Source of the DNA: Eledone cirrhosa
Taxonomy: Eukaryota
Reading direction: 5' to 3'
DNA: 64,000 nucleotides
Assembly (NCBI GenBank): GCA_964016885.1
Contig: OZ024741.1
Location: 224,378,001 to 224,442,000, forward strand
The notes beneath the pieces were generated by a model. That model searched no databases. It was not told the DNA's origin and saw only the letters and a program-made list of their open reading frames with translations. Position numbers and translations under genes: made by a program. Every line of letters begins with the position of its first letter. Position 1 is the stretch's first letter. Positions 13,796-29,049 of this stretch are shown piece after piece.

Positions 13796-16700
13796 CCTAC
13801 CCTTACCACTACACCTCTACCCACCACTACACCTCTACTTACCACTACACCTCTACCCACCACTACACCTCTACCCACCACTACACCTCAACTACCACTA
13901 CACCTCTACTTACCACTACACCTCTACCCACCACTACACCTCTACTTACCACTACACCTCTACCCACCACTACACCTCTACTTACCACTACACCTCTACC
14001 CACCACTACACCTCACCCCACCACTACACCTCTACTTACCACTACACCTCTACCCACCACTACACCTCTACTTACCACTACACCTCTACCCACCACTACA
14101 CCTCAACTACCACTACACCTCAACCCACCAATACACCTCTACTTACCACTACACCTCTACTTACCACTACACCTCTACCCACCACTACACCTCTACATAC
14201 CACTACACCTCTACTTACACTATACCTTTACCCACCACTACACCCCTACTTACCACTACACCTCTACCCACCACTACACCTCTACTTACCACTACACCTG
14301 TACCCACCACTATACCTCTACTTACCACTACACCTCTACTTACCACTACACCTCTACCCACCACTACACCTCTACTTACCACTATACCTTTACCCACCAC
14401 TACACCTCTACTTACCACTACACCTCTACCCACCACTACACCTCTACCCACCACTACACCTCTACCCACCACTACACCTCTACTTACCACTACACCTCTA
14501 CCCACCACTACACCTCTACCCACCACTACACCTCTACTTACCACTACACCTCTACCCACCACTACACCTCTACTTACCACTACACCTCTACTTACCACTA
14601 CACCTCTACTTACCTCTACTTACCTCTACTTACCACTACACCTCTACCCACCACTACACCTCTACTCATCACTACACCTATACTTACCCCTACACCTCTA
14701 CTTACCACTACACCTCTACTTACCACTACACCTCTACTTACCACTACACCACTACACCTCTACTTACCACTACACCTCTACCCACCATACACCTCTACTA
14801 ACCACTACACCTCTACTTACCACTACACCTCTACTTACCACTACACCTCTACTTACCACTACACCACTACAACTCTACTTACCACTACACCTCTACCCAC
14901 CACTACACCTATACTTACCACTACACCTATACCCACCACTACACCTCTACTTACCACTACACCACTACCCACCATACACCTCTACTTACCACTACACATC
15001 TACTTACCACTACACATCTACTTACCACTACACCTCTATTTACCACTACTTACCTCTACTTACCACTACACCTCTACCCACCACTACACCTCTACATACC
15101 ACTACACCTCTACTTACCACTATACCTTTACCCACCACTATACCTCTACTTACCACTACACCTCTACCCACCACTACACCTCTACCCACCACTACACCTC
15201 TACCCACCACTACACCTCTACTTACCTCTACTTACCACTACACCTCTACTTACCTCTACATACTACTACACCTCTACTACCACTACACCTCTTCTTACCT
15301 TTACTTACCTCTACTTACCTATACTTACCATTACACCTCTATTTACCACTACATCTCTACCCACCACTACACCTCTACCTACAACTACACCTCTACTTAA
15401 CACTACACCTCTACTTACCTCTACACCTCTACCCACCATTTCACCTCTACTTAACACTACACCTCTACTTACCACTACACCTCTACTTACCACTACTAAC
15501 CACTAGACCACTACCTACCTACCTATTACCACTACACCTCTACTTACCTATACTTACCACTACACCTCTACTTATCTCTACCTACCACTACACCTCTACC
15601 CACCACTACACCTCTACTTACCACTACACCTCTACCCACCACTACACCTCTACTTACCACTACCCCTCTACTTACCACTACACATCTACCCACCACTACA
15701 CCTCTAATTACCTCTACTTACCACTACACCTCTACTTACCTCTACACCTCTACCCACCATTACACCTCTACCTACCACTACACCTCTACCCACTACTAGA
15801 CCTCTACTTACCTCTACTACCACTACACCTCTACTTACCTCTACTTACCTCTACTTACCACTACACCTCTACTTACCACTACACCTCTACCCACCACTAC
15901 ACCTCTACATACCACTACACATCTACTTACCAGTACACCTCTACTTACCTCTACTTACCTCTACTTACCACTATACCTCTACTTACCACTACACCTCTAC
16001 CCACCTCTACACCTCTACCTACCACTACTTACCACTACACCTCTACTTACCTCTACACCTCTACCCACCACTACACCTCTACTACCACTACACCTCTACC
16101 CACGACTACACCTCTACTTACCACTACACCTCTACCCACCACTACACCTCTACTTACCTCTACTTACCACTACACCTCTACTTGCCACTACTCCTCTACT
16201 TACCTCTACTTATCTCTACTTACCTCTACGTACCACTACACCTCTACTTACCTCTACTTACCACTACACCTCTACTTACCTCTACTTACCACTACACCTC
16301 TACTTACCACTACACTTCTACTTACCACTACACCTCTACACCTCTACTTACCACTACACCACTACACCTCTACTTACCACTACACCTCTACCCACCACTA
16401 CACCTCTACTTACCACTACACCTCTACTTACCACTACACCTCTACACCTCTACTTACCACTACACCACTACACCTCTACTTACCACTACACCTCTACCCA
16501 CCACTACACCTCTACTTACCACTACACCACTACACCTCTACTTACCACTACACCTCTACTTACCACTACACCTCTACACCTCTACTTACCACTACACCTC
16601 TACCCACCACTACACCTCTACTTACCACTACACCACTACACCTCTACTTACCACTACACCTCTACTTACCACTACACTTCTACTTACCACTACACCACTA

Positions 16701-19700
16701 CACCTCTACTTACCACTACACCTCTACTTACCACTACACCTCTACTTACCACTACACCACTACACCTCTACTTACCACTACACCTCTACTTACCACTACA
16801 CCTCTACTTACCACTACACTTCTACTTACCACTACACCACTACACCTCTACTTACCACTACACCTCTACCCACCACTACACCTCTACTTACCACTACACC
16901 TCTACTTACCACTACACTTCTACTTACCACTACACCTCTACACCTCTACTTACCACTACACCACTACCCACCACTACACCTCTACTTACCACTACACCTC
17001 TACTTACCACTACACCTCTACACCTCTACTTACCACTACACCTCTACCTACCACTACACCTCTACCTACCACTACACCTCTACTTACCACTACACCTCTA
17101 CTTACCACTACACCTCTACTTACCACTACACTTCTACTTACCACTACACCTCTACACCTCTACTTACCACTACACCACTACACCTCTACTTACCACTACA
17201 CCTCTACCCACCACTACACCTCTACTTACCACTACACCTCTACTTACCACTACACCTCTACTTACCACTACACCTCTACCCACCACTACACCTCTACTTA
17301 CCACTACACCTCTACTTACCACTACACCTCTACTCACCACTACAGCTCTACTTACCACTACACCTCTACTTACCTCTACTTACCACTACACCTCTACTTA
17401 CCTCTACTTACCACTACACCTCTACTTACCTCTACTTACCACTACACCTCTACTTACCACTACACCTCTACTTACCACTACACCTCTACCCACCACTACA
17501 CCTCTACTTACCTTTACACCTCTACCCACCACTACACCTCTACTAACCACTACACCTCTACCCACCCTACACTTCTACTTACCACTACACCTCTACTTAC
17601 CACTACACCTCTACTTACCACTACACTTCTACTTACCACTACACCTCTACACCTCTACTTACCACTACACCACTACACCTCTACTTACCACTACACCTCT
17701 ACCCACCACTACACCTCTACTTACCACTACACCTCTACTTACCACTACACCTCTACTTACCACTACACCTCTACCCACCACTACACCTCTACTTACCACT
17801 AGACCTCTACTTACCACTACACCTCTTCTTACCACTACACCTCTACTTACCACTACACCTCTACTTACCACTACACCTCTACCCACCACTACACCTCTAC
17901 TTACCACTACACCTCTACTTACCACTACACCTCTTCTTACCTCTACTTACCTCTAATTACCTATACTTACCACTACACCTCTACTTACCACTACACCTCT
18001 ACCCACCACTACACCGCTACCTACCACTACACCTCTACTTACCACTACACCTCTACTTACCTCTACACCTCTACCCACCACTACACCTCTACTTACCACT
18101 ACACCTCTACTCACCACTACACTTCTACCCTCCAGTACACCTGTACCCACCACTACACCTCTACTTACCATTACACCTCTACCCACCACTACACCTCTAC
18201 TTACCACTACACTTCTACCCACCACTACACCTATACTTACCACTACACCTATACTTACCACTACACCTCTACTTACCTCTACTTACCTCTACTTACCACT
18301 ACACCTCTACTTACCTTTACACCTCTACCCACCACTACACCTCTACTTACCACTACACCTCTACCCACCACTACACCTCTACCGACCACTACACCTCTAC
18401 TTACCACTACACCTCTACCCACCACTACACCTCTACATACCACTACACCTCTACTTACCACTACACCTCTACCGACCACTACACCTCTACTTACCTCTAC
18501 TTACCACTACACCTCTACTTACCACTACACCTCTACCGACCACTACACCTCTACTTACCACTACACCTCTACTTACCACTACACCTCTACTTACCACTAC
18601 ACCTCTTCTTACCTCTACTTACCTCTACTTACCTATACTTACCACTACACCTCTACTTACCACTACACCTCTACTCACCACTACACCTCTACTTACCACT
18701 ACACCTCTACTTACCACTACACCTCTTCTTACCTCTACCCACCACTACACCTCTACCCACCACTACACCTCTACTTACCTCTACACCTCTACCCACCACT
18801 ACACCTCTACCCACCACTACACCTCTACTTACCACTACACCTCTACTTACCACTACACCTCTACTCACCACTACACCTCTACTTACCACTACACCTCTAC
18901 TCACCACTACACCTCTACTTACCACTACACCTCTACTTACCACTACACCTCTACTTACCACTACACCTCTACCCACCAGTACAACTCTACCCACCACTAC
19001 ACCTCTACTTACCACTACACCTCTACCCACCAATACACCTATACTTACCACTACACCTCTACCCACCAATACACCTATACTTACCACTACACCTCTACTT
19101 ACCTCTACTTACCTCTACTTACCACTACACCTTTACTTACCTCTACATTTCTATCCACCACTACACCTCTACTCACCACTACTCCTCTACTTACCACTAC
19201 ACCTCTACTTACCACTACACCTCTACCCACCACTACACCTCTACCTACCACTACACCTCTACACCTCTACTTACCTCTACACCTCTACCCACCACTACAC
19301 CTATACACCTCTACTTACCACTACACCACTAAACCTCTACTTACCACTACACCTCTACTACCTCTACACCTCTACCCACCACTACACCTCTACTTACCAC
19401 TACACCTCTACTTACCTCTACTTACCACTACACCTCTACTTACCACTACACCTCTACCCACCACTACACCTCTACTTACCACTACACCTCTACCCACCAC
19501 TACACCTCTACTTACCACTACACCTCTACTTACCACTACACCTCTACCCACCAATACACCTCTACTTACCACTACACCTCTACTTACCTCTACTTACCTC
19601 TACTTACCACTACACCTCTACTTACCACTACACCTCTACTTACCACTACACCTCTACTTACCTCTATATACCTCTACTTACCTCTACACCTCTACTTACC

Positions 19701-21000
19701 ACTACACCTCTACTTACCACTACACCTCTACCCACCACTACACCTCTACCCACCACTACACCTCTACCCACCACTACACCTCTACTTACCACTACACCTC
19801 TACCCACCACTACACCTCTACTTACCACTACACCTCTACCCACAACTACACCTCTATTTACCACTACACCTCTACTTACCACTACACCTCTACTTACCAC
19901 TACACCTCTACTTACCTCTACTTACCTCTACTTACCTCTACTTACCACTACACCTCTACCCACCACTACACCTCTACTCACCACTACACCTATACTTACC
20001 CCTACACCTCTACTTACCACTACACCTCTACTTACCACTACACCTCTACCCACCACTACACCTCTACTTACCACTACACCTCTACCCACCACTACACCTC
20101 TACTTACCACTACACTTCTTCTTACCACTAAACCTCTACCCACCACTACACCTCTACTTACCACTACACCTCTACCCACCACTACACCTCTACTTACCAT
20201 TACACCTCTACTTACCTCTACTTACCACTACACCTCTACATACCATTACACCTCTACTTACCTCTACCTACCTCTACTTACCACTACACCTCTACCCATC
20301 ACCACACCTCTACTCACCACTACACTTCTACTTACCACTACACCTCTACCCACCACTACACCTCTACTCACCACTACACCTCTACTTACCACTACACCTC
20401 TACCCATCATTACACCTCTACTTACCACTACACCTCTACCCACCACTACACCTCTACTTACCACTACACCTGTACCCACCACTACACCTCTACCCACCAC
20501 TACACCTCTACTTACCACTACACCTCTACCCACCACTACACCTCTACTTACCACTACACCTGTACCCACCACTATACCTCTACTTACCACTACACCTCTA
20601 CTTACCACTACACCACTACACCTCTACTTACCACTACACCTCTACCCACCATACACCTCTACTTACCACTACACCTCTACTTACCACTACACCTCTACTT
20701 ACCACTACACCTCTACTTACCACTACACCTCTACTTACCACTACACCTCTACCCACCATACACCTCTACCCACCCTACACCTCTACTTACCACTACACCT
20801 CTACTTACCACTACACCTCTACTTACCTCTACACCTCTACTTACCACTACACCTCTACTTACCACTACACCTCTACTTACCACTACACCTCTACTTACCA
20901 CTACACCTCTACTTACCACTACACCTCTACTTACCACTACACCTCTACTTACCACTACACCTCTACTTACCACTACACCTCTACTTACCACTACACCTCA
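13796..21000. repeat. ~7.2-kb minisatellite, 18-bp unit CCACTACACCTCTAC(TT/CC)A
   Basis: The unit is repeated with 9-bp half-unit variants (cctctactta, ccactacac). Confidence 0.97.
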
Positions 21001-22274
21001 ACAACAAACAATATTCCACTCTATTTCACACATTTCTCCATTTAGCCATTTATTTGTTTATTTATTTATTTGTTTGTTTGTTTGTTTATATATATATTTA
21101 TTATCTTCAGCACAGAGAACTTTCTAGAAGACATATACTCCTTTTTCTCTCTTTCTCCCTCCCTATCTCTTTCACTGACACCTTACCCTCTCCCTATCTA
21201 TCTTTCTTTCTTTACTCCTTTCTCTCTCTCTCCATATATATATATATACACATACGTACACACACACATATATACATATATGCACACTCATACACACACA
21301 TATATACATATCTCTCTCTCTCTATATATATATATATCCCCGCTCTCACTCTTCCTCTCTTGACACTCATGCTCTCTCACTACTCCTCTTTCTATTTCAG
21401 TCTTCCTTCTCTCTCTCTCTTTCTTTCTTTCTCTCTTCCTTTCTTTCTTTCTTTCTTTCTTCCTCAGTCCCTCTCTCTTGCCCTCTTACTACCTTCACCT
21501 CCTCCTATCCTCCTCCATTATCTCCACCATTACTGACATCTTTGCTATTTCCTCTGTCCTGCCACCTGCCAATTTGGATGGCTTTCCAGGTTTAGAAATA
21601 GTTGTTTTGTAAAGGAAACTAATTATTTTACTTTGGAATTTGAAAAATTTTCTCCCAAGAGAATCGGTTTAAAGGAATTAAAGTTGGCCTGCAAATTTTC
21701 CTTGACATGAGAAATAATTCAGCTGTAATGCCTGGTGGTAGTTGGTGAGGGTAATGGCAGGGAGTTGTGTGTGTGTGTGTGTGTGAGTGAGAGAGAAAGG
21801 GGAGAGGCTGATAAAGATGACACCTTGTGTGTACACACCCACACACTCATATATATATAAATGCATATATACATGTGTGCGCTTGCACACACACACATAT
21901 GTACATGTACAGACATGATCATATGTATGTGTGCATGAGCATATATCATCATCATCATCATCATTGTAACTTAACATTCGTTTCCCTGTTAGCACGGGTT
22001 GGACAGGTCCTCACAGACCGAGTCAGTACTCAAGCAATACCATTGATCTTTCAGATAGACTGGAGGCTTGCATCTTACTCACATACATCCCTGCACACCA
22101 CTGAGTGCTCAGATGGGGTGGTGGCTCTCATTTCACCCACATACACTTCTGCGTTCTACCAAGTGTATATTATTATGGCACCAGTACTAAAGAGGTCGTC
22201 ATGTCTTTGACATAGCTGAAGAATCCTCATCTCCAGGTTTGGCAAGTGAGAGCCATGTTACTTCATTCTTGCAC

Positions 22275-22600
22275 ATCATCATCATTTTACATCTGCTTTT
22301 CCCTGCTTGCAAGGGTGGGGTGGGAACCGATTCTGGCTTGATTTCTACAGCTGGATGCCCTTCCTAACACCAACTTCATTTACAGTGAGTGCTGGGTGCT
22401 TTTTTGCCATGGCACCTCCACGACCACTTTGCAGTGGAATGATAGGGACCCCAGTCCCTATAATCTCATTTCTACAGCTGAGTAAACTGGAGCAATGTGA
22501 AATAAAATGTGTTGCTCAAGGAAACAACACATCACCTGGTCTGAGAATTGAACTCACAACCTTTCGATTGCAAGGCCAATGCTCTAACCACTAAGCCATA
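22275..22600 (-). mobile_element. tRNA-derived SINE with CORE-like body and RTE-derived tail
   Basis: Minus strand: A-box tggcttagtggttagagc, B-box gagttcaattc, ttgtttccttgagcaa body and tail ccttgcaagcagggaaaagc..gtaaaatgatgatg; matches 38085-38425. Confidence 0.85.
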
Positions 22601-22769
22601 CATATGTATGTATTCCTTGGGCAAGAAGACACTAATCCTCATAACGTACCGCATCCATTTCTTTATTATAAACCCTTTCATTTCTGTATTTCTAATGAAA
22701 TATACTGCAAATGTGTTTCAACTAATTTTGAAAAGAACTAAAAATTTGGAGGATTTTAATAAAATCAAC

Positions 22770-22845
22770 TTGTCTGGTACTTTATCTTATTGACCCCAGA
22801 AAGATGAAAGGCAAAGTTGAACTTGGCAGAATTTAAACTCAGAGT
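22770..22845 (-). mobile_element. Meta-like SINE fragment
   Basis: ctggtactttatcttattgaccccagaaagatgaaaggcaaagttgaac. Confidence 0.65.
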
Positions 22846-22904
22846 CAAATGTTAAGGCCCAGAAAAAATTCTGCAGTGGAATTTTTATCCAAACTCTAGA
22901 ATCG

Positions 22905-23295
22905 CAGCCCCAGCCAGTAGGGCTGGACTGAGGGGATGGCAAAAGGCTGGGGAGCATGACAAACTTCTCATTCTGTGGGGTTAAGCCCCTCATCTGGGAT
23001 GCCACATGACGTGATACCTACTCAAGAGGCAACCTAGTGCCTTCAGCTACCATCCCAGGCTCTGCTGCCCACCAAGCTGAAGAGGGCAAACTGTTTATGT
23101 ATTGGCCACTCTTAGATAGGTTTGTGGTAGAACATGTAGCAGTAGAGACTTCCGGCATTCTTGCCTCCACACCACATCGCTACTCATTGCTTTCGGAGCA
23201 GATTTGGCTGCCTGCAGGTCTGAGCCAAATGAGGTGGAATGGCTCATCCAGTGCATCTCCCTTCAGGGCAATGCATTCTTTATCCTGTCGGCTGG
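22905..23295 (+). pseudogene. Restriction-like endonuclease (RLE) C-terminus of a CRE-type non-LTR retrotransposon, degenerate
   Basis: QPVGLD*GDGKRLGSMT..GVKPLIWDAT*RDT..GSAAHQAEEGK..Y..VAVETSG, then after a frameshift EWLIQCISLQGNAFFIL. Fits the CRE-clade DGKRPDG..WDxT..AExxK..Y..VETxG..LxQRIS..QRGNA pattern. Confidence 0.75.
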
Positions 23296-23419
23296 GACCC
23301 AGAGGCAGAGGGTAAGTTAGTTAGTAGTGGAGGATACTTGTTCGGATGTCACTTTCACGTATGTATTGAGTGCCTTTTTGAATCCATTCATTTCATATAT
23401 TCTACCAATCCACCAATGA

Positions 23420-23494
23420 TAATAATAAAAATAATAATAATGATGGCATTGTTGATGATGATGGTGATGATGATGATGATTATGATGATGATGG

Positions 23495-23550
<56 letters not shown>

Positions 23551-23760
23551 GCCATGATGATGTGATGATGATGATGATGGTGATGATGATGGTGATGATG
23601 ATGATGGCAATGGTGATGATGATGATGATCTGACGATGCTGGTGATGATGATGGTGATGATGATGGTGATGATGAGGATGAGGATGATGATGGTGATGGT
23701 GGTGGTAATGATGATGATGATGATGTGACAATGCTGGTAATGATGATGATGATGATGGTT
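23420..23760. repeat. (GAT)n microsatellite
   Basis: Direct reading. Confidence 0.95.
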
Positions 23761-24024
23761 CCTCAGATTAAGGGATCACAAACACATTCCAATGCCAATA
23801 AAGAATTAAAGAAACAATTCTTGTTTGATCGGGTTTTATTGGTTATTGATACACATATCAGTGAGTATAGTGATGGGGGTGGTGGTGAGTAAGGAGAATT
23901 CCACAGAATGAGGTTATGGAAAGCAAGAGAGAGAGGAGGGGAGTGAGAAAGAGTGAGAAAGAGATAATGAAAGAGAGAGAAAGAGAGAAAGAGAGATAGA
24001 GAGATAGAGAGATAGATAGAGAGA

Positions 24025-24109
<85 letters not shown>

Positions 24110-24163
24110 ATAGATAGATAGAGAGAGAGATAGAGAGGGATGGATAGATAGATAGATAGATAT

Positions 24164-26738
24164 GTTTCTTTATTAGCCACAGGGGCACAAAAGAAGGGGA
24201 CAAATACAAAGGGGGAAGTTTACATACAATAAAAACGTGTAAAATATTATCACAAATGCAATTAAAAAAATTAGTCGATTTTCCCCAATAGGGGGACACA
24301 TTACATATGGGTAACACATACGCACAAAAAAATGTGCAACCCTCATCTCCAGGAGTATGAAGAGTTTGTACTCCTCTCCTCCTCCTTTTCCTCAACCTAC
24401 AGGCTGATATAGAGAGAAGGCCCATTCACTCGGGCCATTCTCGCCACTTTCACCCACCTTTCATAAAACTTGCTGGGGTAGAGCACCTCTCTCTCCATCC
24501 TGATTCTTCTTCAAAAGTGGTATTTGAAAAAAAGAATCAGTTGTTGGCCGGAGAGAAAGGTGTCTGACCTCAGCCCTTTCAACCTTGTCCACCATACAAC
24601 CTCTTTCACCATAGCTATCACACAAAGGAAAACCACCTCTCCTTCGTTTTTGAAGGAGGGTGGCGGTTTGATCATGACAATGGATGGACTCGGTGGTCAA
24701 CCGGATTGGTACCACCCGCGATAATAGTCGTTCTACATAGCCCCCACAGGTCGGTGACGCCCGGGAAGTGTATGAATGCGTGCGTGACGGTTTCTTTGTC
24801 TCGCACGCACCTCGGACAGATCTTTTTTGCAGGGTCCCTGCCCGGGCGCCCATGTCTGTAGAGCTTGTCTCAAACTGGTAGAGCTCCTCGGTAGCACTGC
24901 CAGGCCAGAGACTTTTGGAAGTTGTCCATTGGTCCCGGGCGGAAGGTCCTACCGAACAGACTGGCCAGTTCATCTTCCTCTACGCCCAGAGTTTCACTGA
25001 GCACGTCGTTGCACTTGCTGCGGATCAACCCTCTATAGAATGACGAAGTGGAGTCTCCACTGGGTCCACCTGCCAGAGGGCTGTGAGTGCCTGAGCACAT
25101 TCGATGTGCCAGTCGCCCATTTTCCTCGGTCTTTGCTTGACCCAGGACTGCAGCTTGGTCAGCAAAGACAAGTCGTGGGAAGGCTCGCCTCACGAATGGG
25201 GCCCACACTGGTTGTCCGGTGAGGAATACATATAGATGCCGCAGCCTGAGCGTATGTTTGCGCATCGTCAGCCACGGCATCCTCAACCTCCGTTGGAAGG
25301 GCGTTAGCAGCAAATGGATCTTCTCACCAAAGGAGCCCGCCTCTTCCAAAGGAATTGGAAGAGCGCGTGCTCCATTTTGGCGAGCGTTTTGGCTGGACAA
25401 GGCATGACGGTCAAGCGGTAGTAGATGGCGGACGCTATAAAAGTGTTCGCCACCTCCGCTTGACCTTTCAAGGATAGTTTGCACTCGGCCCACTTCTGGG
25501 TGAGTGTAAACACCTTGGCCGACACCTCGTTCCAGTTCTTCTCCACCTGGAGGTCTGGACCAAACCAGACCCCGAGCAGCTTTACTGGTCCTTCCGTCCA
25601 GCGTCTGACGACGCCATCGGAAGGCATCGGTTTGCCTCTCCACGATCCGAGTTGCAAACCGATGGACTTGTCCCGGTTCAGCTTTGCTCCTGTGAACCTT
25701 TCGTATTCCTTCAGTAAGGTGCTGACTTCCTCGATTTGCGAGGCGTTCAACACCATTACTGTCACGTCATCGGCGTAGGCCGACGCCGCTTTCCGCAGTC
25801 CCAGTTCCAGAGGGATGCCCTGCAATAGCTCCAACTTCCACAGTAGTGGCTCGAGAGTCAATACGTACAGAAGGGAGGAGAGAGGGCATCCCTGTCGAAT
25901 GGATCGCGTGATATAGAACGGCTCCGAGAGGTAGCCGTTCACCTTAACCCTTGAGCAGATGTTGCTGTTATGCATTGCAGCAATCCAGCCCCTGAACACA
26001 GGTCCGAAGCCTGCCGCCTCAAGCACCGCATCCAGGTAACGATTGTCAACCCTATCGAAAGCTTTAGACTGATCCAAGTTGATCAGGGCCCCATCGAAGC
26101 CGGGTTTACACCCTACCCTCTCTATGATGTATCGCATGAGGTCGAGGTTGTCGTGTATGGACCTGGTCGGGATTGCGCATGTCTGCGCTTCTCCCACCAG
26201 GTTCTCGATGCCAGCCTCTTTGCCAACACCTTGGCCAAAATCTGTAACTCTGTGTTTAGCAGAGTTATGGACCGGAAGTTGCCTATATCATCCCCTTATT
26301 CTCATCCTTCCTGACTAGTGTGACTACGCCCCTGGTCACAGAACTGGGAATTCTCCCGTTCTGCTGCCAGTTGCAGTAGACCGCTTCCAGGAGACCGGAG
26401 AATAAGTCCAGCATTGCTACGTAAAATTCGTAGGGTAGACCGTCGAGACCTGGAGATTTGCGTTTGCCGCATTGGCTCAGCGCGTCCCCTATCTCTGCGG
26501 CTGAGATCGGCTTTTCGTAGAACTTTGCCTCGCTGTCCGAGAGTCGCGGTAGGCAGTCGAGGTATGGACCGAAATCCATAGCCCCTCCCGGCGCGCCGCC
26601 CTGCCCGAACATCTGAGCAAAGTGCCGCTGAAAGGCCGCACACATCTGCTTCGGCTCACGTATCACGCGTCCGTTTTGGTCCTTCAAAGACTGAATCGTG
26701 GACTTGTTGCCACTTTTTGCCTCTGTCACTCGGGCCCA
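24164..26738 (-). mobile_element. 5'-truncated Tx1/L1-clade non-LTR retrotransposon (RT, frameshifted)
   Basis: KSPGLDGLPYEFY, LDQSKAFDRV, SIRQGCPLSSLLY, SAYADDV, VKLLGVWFG; AATAAA just before the 3' end; flanked by (TCTA)/(TC) repeats. Confidence 0.88.
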
Positions 26739-26806
26739 AGATAGATAGATAGAGAGAGAGAGGGAGGGATGGATAGATAGATAGATAGAGGGAGGGAGGG
26801 ATGGAT

Positions 26807-26867
<61 letters not shown>

Positions 26868-27364
26868 CCTGCGTACGAAAGGCCGGTTGTATGATGCCTG
26901 TGTGAGGAGCGCGATGCTGCATGGTAGTGAGACATGGGCAGCAACCGCAGAAGATATGCGACGGCTGGAGAGAAATGAGGCAAGCATGCTCCGTTGGATG
27001 TGCAGTGTAAATGTGCGTGAACGACCCAGCATAAATGTGTTGAGAGAGAAACTGTGTCTGAGAGGGATAGAATGTAGTGTACGGGAGAGGAGACTGAGGT
27101 GGTATGGACATGTGATGCGCATGGAGGATGACCGATGGGTGAAGAAGTGCCAGGAAATGCCAGTTGAAGGAAGACGTGGTAGAGGTAGACCACGAAAAAC
27201 ATGGGCGGAGGTGGTGAGAACAGACCTCAGATCATTGAAGCTCACGGTGGAGATGACGAGGGACCGTGACGAGTGGAGAGATGCTGTGCTGAATAAGACC
27301 CGTCCCACCCTTGCAAGCAGGGAAAAGCGGACGTAAAATGATGATGATGATGATGATGATGATG

Positions 27365-27366
<2 letters not shown>
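26868..27366 (+). mobile_element. 5'-truncated RTE LINE 3' end (subfamily B)
   Basis: ORF 26887..27336 (YDACVRSAMLHGSETW...RLRWYGHVMRM...GRGRPRKTW) followed by an (ATG)n tail; (TA)n on both sides. Confidence 0.92.
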
Positions 27367-27400
<34 letters not shown>

Positions 27401-27401
27401 G

Positions 27402-27434
<33 letters not shown>

Positions 27435-27477
27435 GGATGGATAGATAGATAGATAGATAGAGAGGGGGGGGGGGTAG

Positions 27478-27562
<85 letters not shown>

Positions 27563-27774
27563 CTCAGTCAGCACAAAGTGGTGAAGAATCTTTCTTCAAA
27601 TCACTGTTTCACTGAATAAATATATCTGAATAAATAACTAAACATGATCGAAATCCTGCTTAATTGCAAAGAAAGATTTTGTTGTTTTGTTTCCATTTCC
27701 ATAATTTGTCATTTTTAACCCCCTCCCCTTCTCCCGACCCCACAAACCGTGTTATTACAACAGTATTATAAAAT

Positions 27775-27875
27775 ATCGCCGAGGTTAACTTTGCCTTTCA
27801 TCCTTACGGAGTCGATAAAATAAAGTACCAGTAATGCACTGGGTAATTGCTTTGTGCCAAAAGTAGAATCAATTA
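27775..27875 (+). mobile_element. Meta-like SINE, 5'-truncated
   Basis: cgccgaggttaactttgcctttcatccttacggagtcgataaaataaagtaccag. Confidence 0.8.
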
Positions 27876-27984
27876 TTATAAAATATCTTTGTTAAGAATG
27901 TGATAAGACGTAGTTGTTGATTTTACTGCACACTTGAGGAGATGGCAGACCATTAAGATGTATTTCAAATATTATCATAAAATA

Positions 27985-28165
27985 ACTGTTTCTACTTTAG
28001 GCACAAGGCCAGCAATTACCCAGTGCATTACTGGTACTTTATTTTATCGACCCCGTAAGGATGAAAGGCAAAGTCAACCTCGGCGGGATTTGAACTCAGA
28101 TCGTAAAGGGACGTAACTATGCTGGAAATCATGGCGTCCGACCCTCTACCGATACTGCCAATCCA
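27985..28165 (-). mobile_element. tRNA-derived SINE with Meta-like domain
   Basis: Minus strand: attggcagtatcggtagag...gagttcaaatcccgccgaggttgactttgcctttcatccttacggggtcgataaaataaagtaccag. Confidence 0.88.
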
Positions 28166-28480
28166 AAATAACTTTGTTAAGAACGGTTTAAGACAGGCAT
28201 TTCAAACATGCTGCCTACAGACTACTTTTCTATGGCCCATGGCAGAATAAATTTCATGAATGGAAAATTTGTCCCCCTACATTTTGTACTAACTCACATA
28301 TCCCACCTACTATGCATATTTATTTTGATGAAAAAAAAAAGATAGTAGTCTGTCAGTTAACTTGGAGATTGGCATTAGAACTAGTGGAAATCAAGCCCCC
28401 TCCACTTCATCTCACACTTGGCCCGCTGTGCCTCTTCCTCAAGACATAATATAATGACTCTTTTGAATCCTTGACTTTAA

Positions 28481-28734
28481 CCCTTTAGCATTTAAACCAG
28501 CTGTTTAACCCTTTAGCATTTAAACCAGCTGTATCCAGCCAGAATTCTCTCACCTCTTTCTGTTCAAACCAGCCATAACCGGTTGCTCATACTTATGTTA
28601 AGGTATTGTTCTCAAAATAAATAATATCGAAAGCGAAATCACATAGATTCGATATTATGTGAGATATTTTGTGAGGTAAAGCCTTTACCATGAAAATATA
28701 ATAGTATATATAGAGTAATGTAAAGGCTAAAGGG
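28481..28734 (+). mobile_element. piggyBac-like MITE with TTAA target site and duplicated left end
   Basis: TTAA|CCCTTTAGC...GCTAAAGGG|TTAA; the 28-bp left end is present twice (28481, 28509). Confidence 0.88.
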
Positions 28735-29049
28735 TTAAGACAGTTGTTTATTCTACTACATATGTGTGGGGTTGACTGATTGCTGAGATATATCTCAGTG
28801 TAGAATGTTCATACCATCAATTTCATTCTATTACAGAGTAGTAGAAAATGGTGAATACAAAGACTACTTTGAATGCTGGGAAGTATGGTATGCCTGTGTG
28901 TGTTTTGGAGAGAGAGAGGGGGGAGGAAGAAATAAGAGATGAAACACTATGCAAGAATACAGAAAAATATAACAACAATAATAATGTTGATGATGATTAA
29001 AATAGTAATAACAATAACAGTAACTACAACAATGACAACAGTAACAATA

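Noticed and set aside
12317-17546. Mucin- or extensin-like 1027-aa, 784-aa and 454-aa ORFs
   Set aside because: Satellite translations with frequent phase shifts; no signal peptide or splice structure
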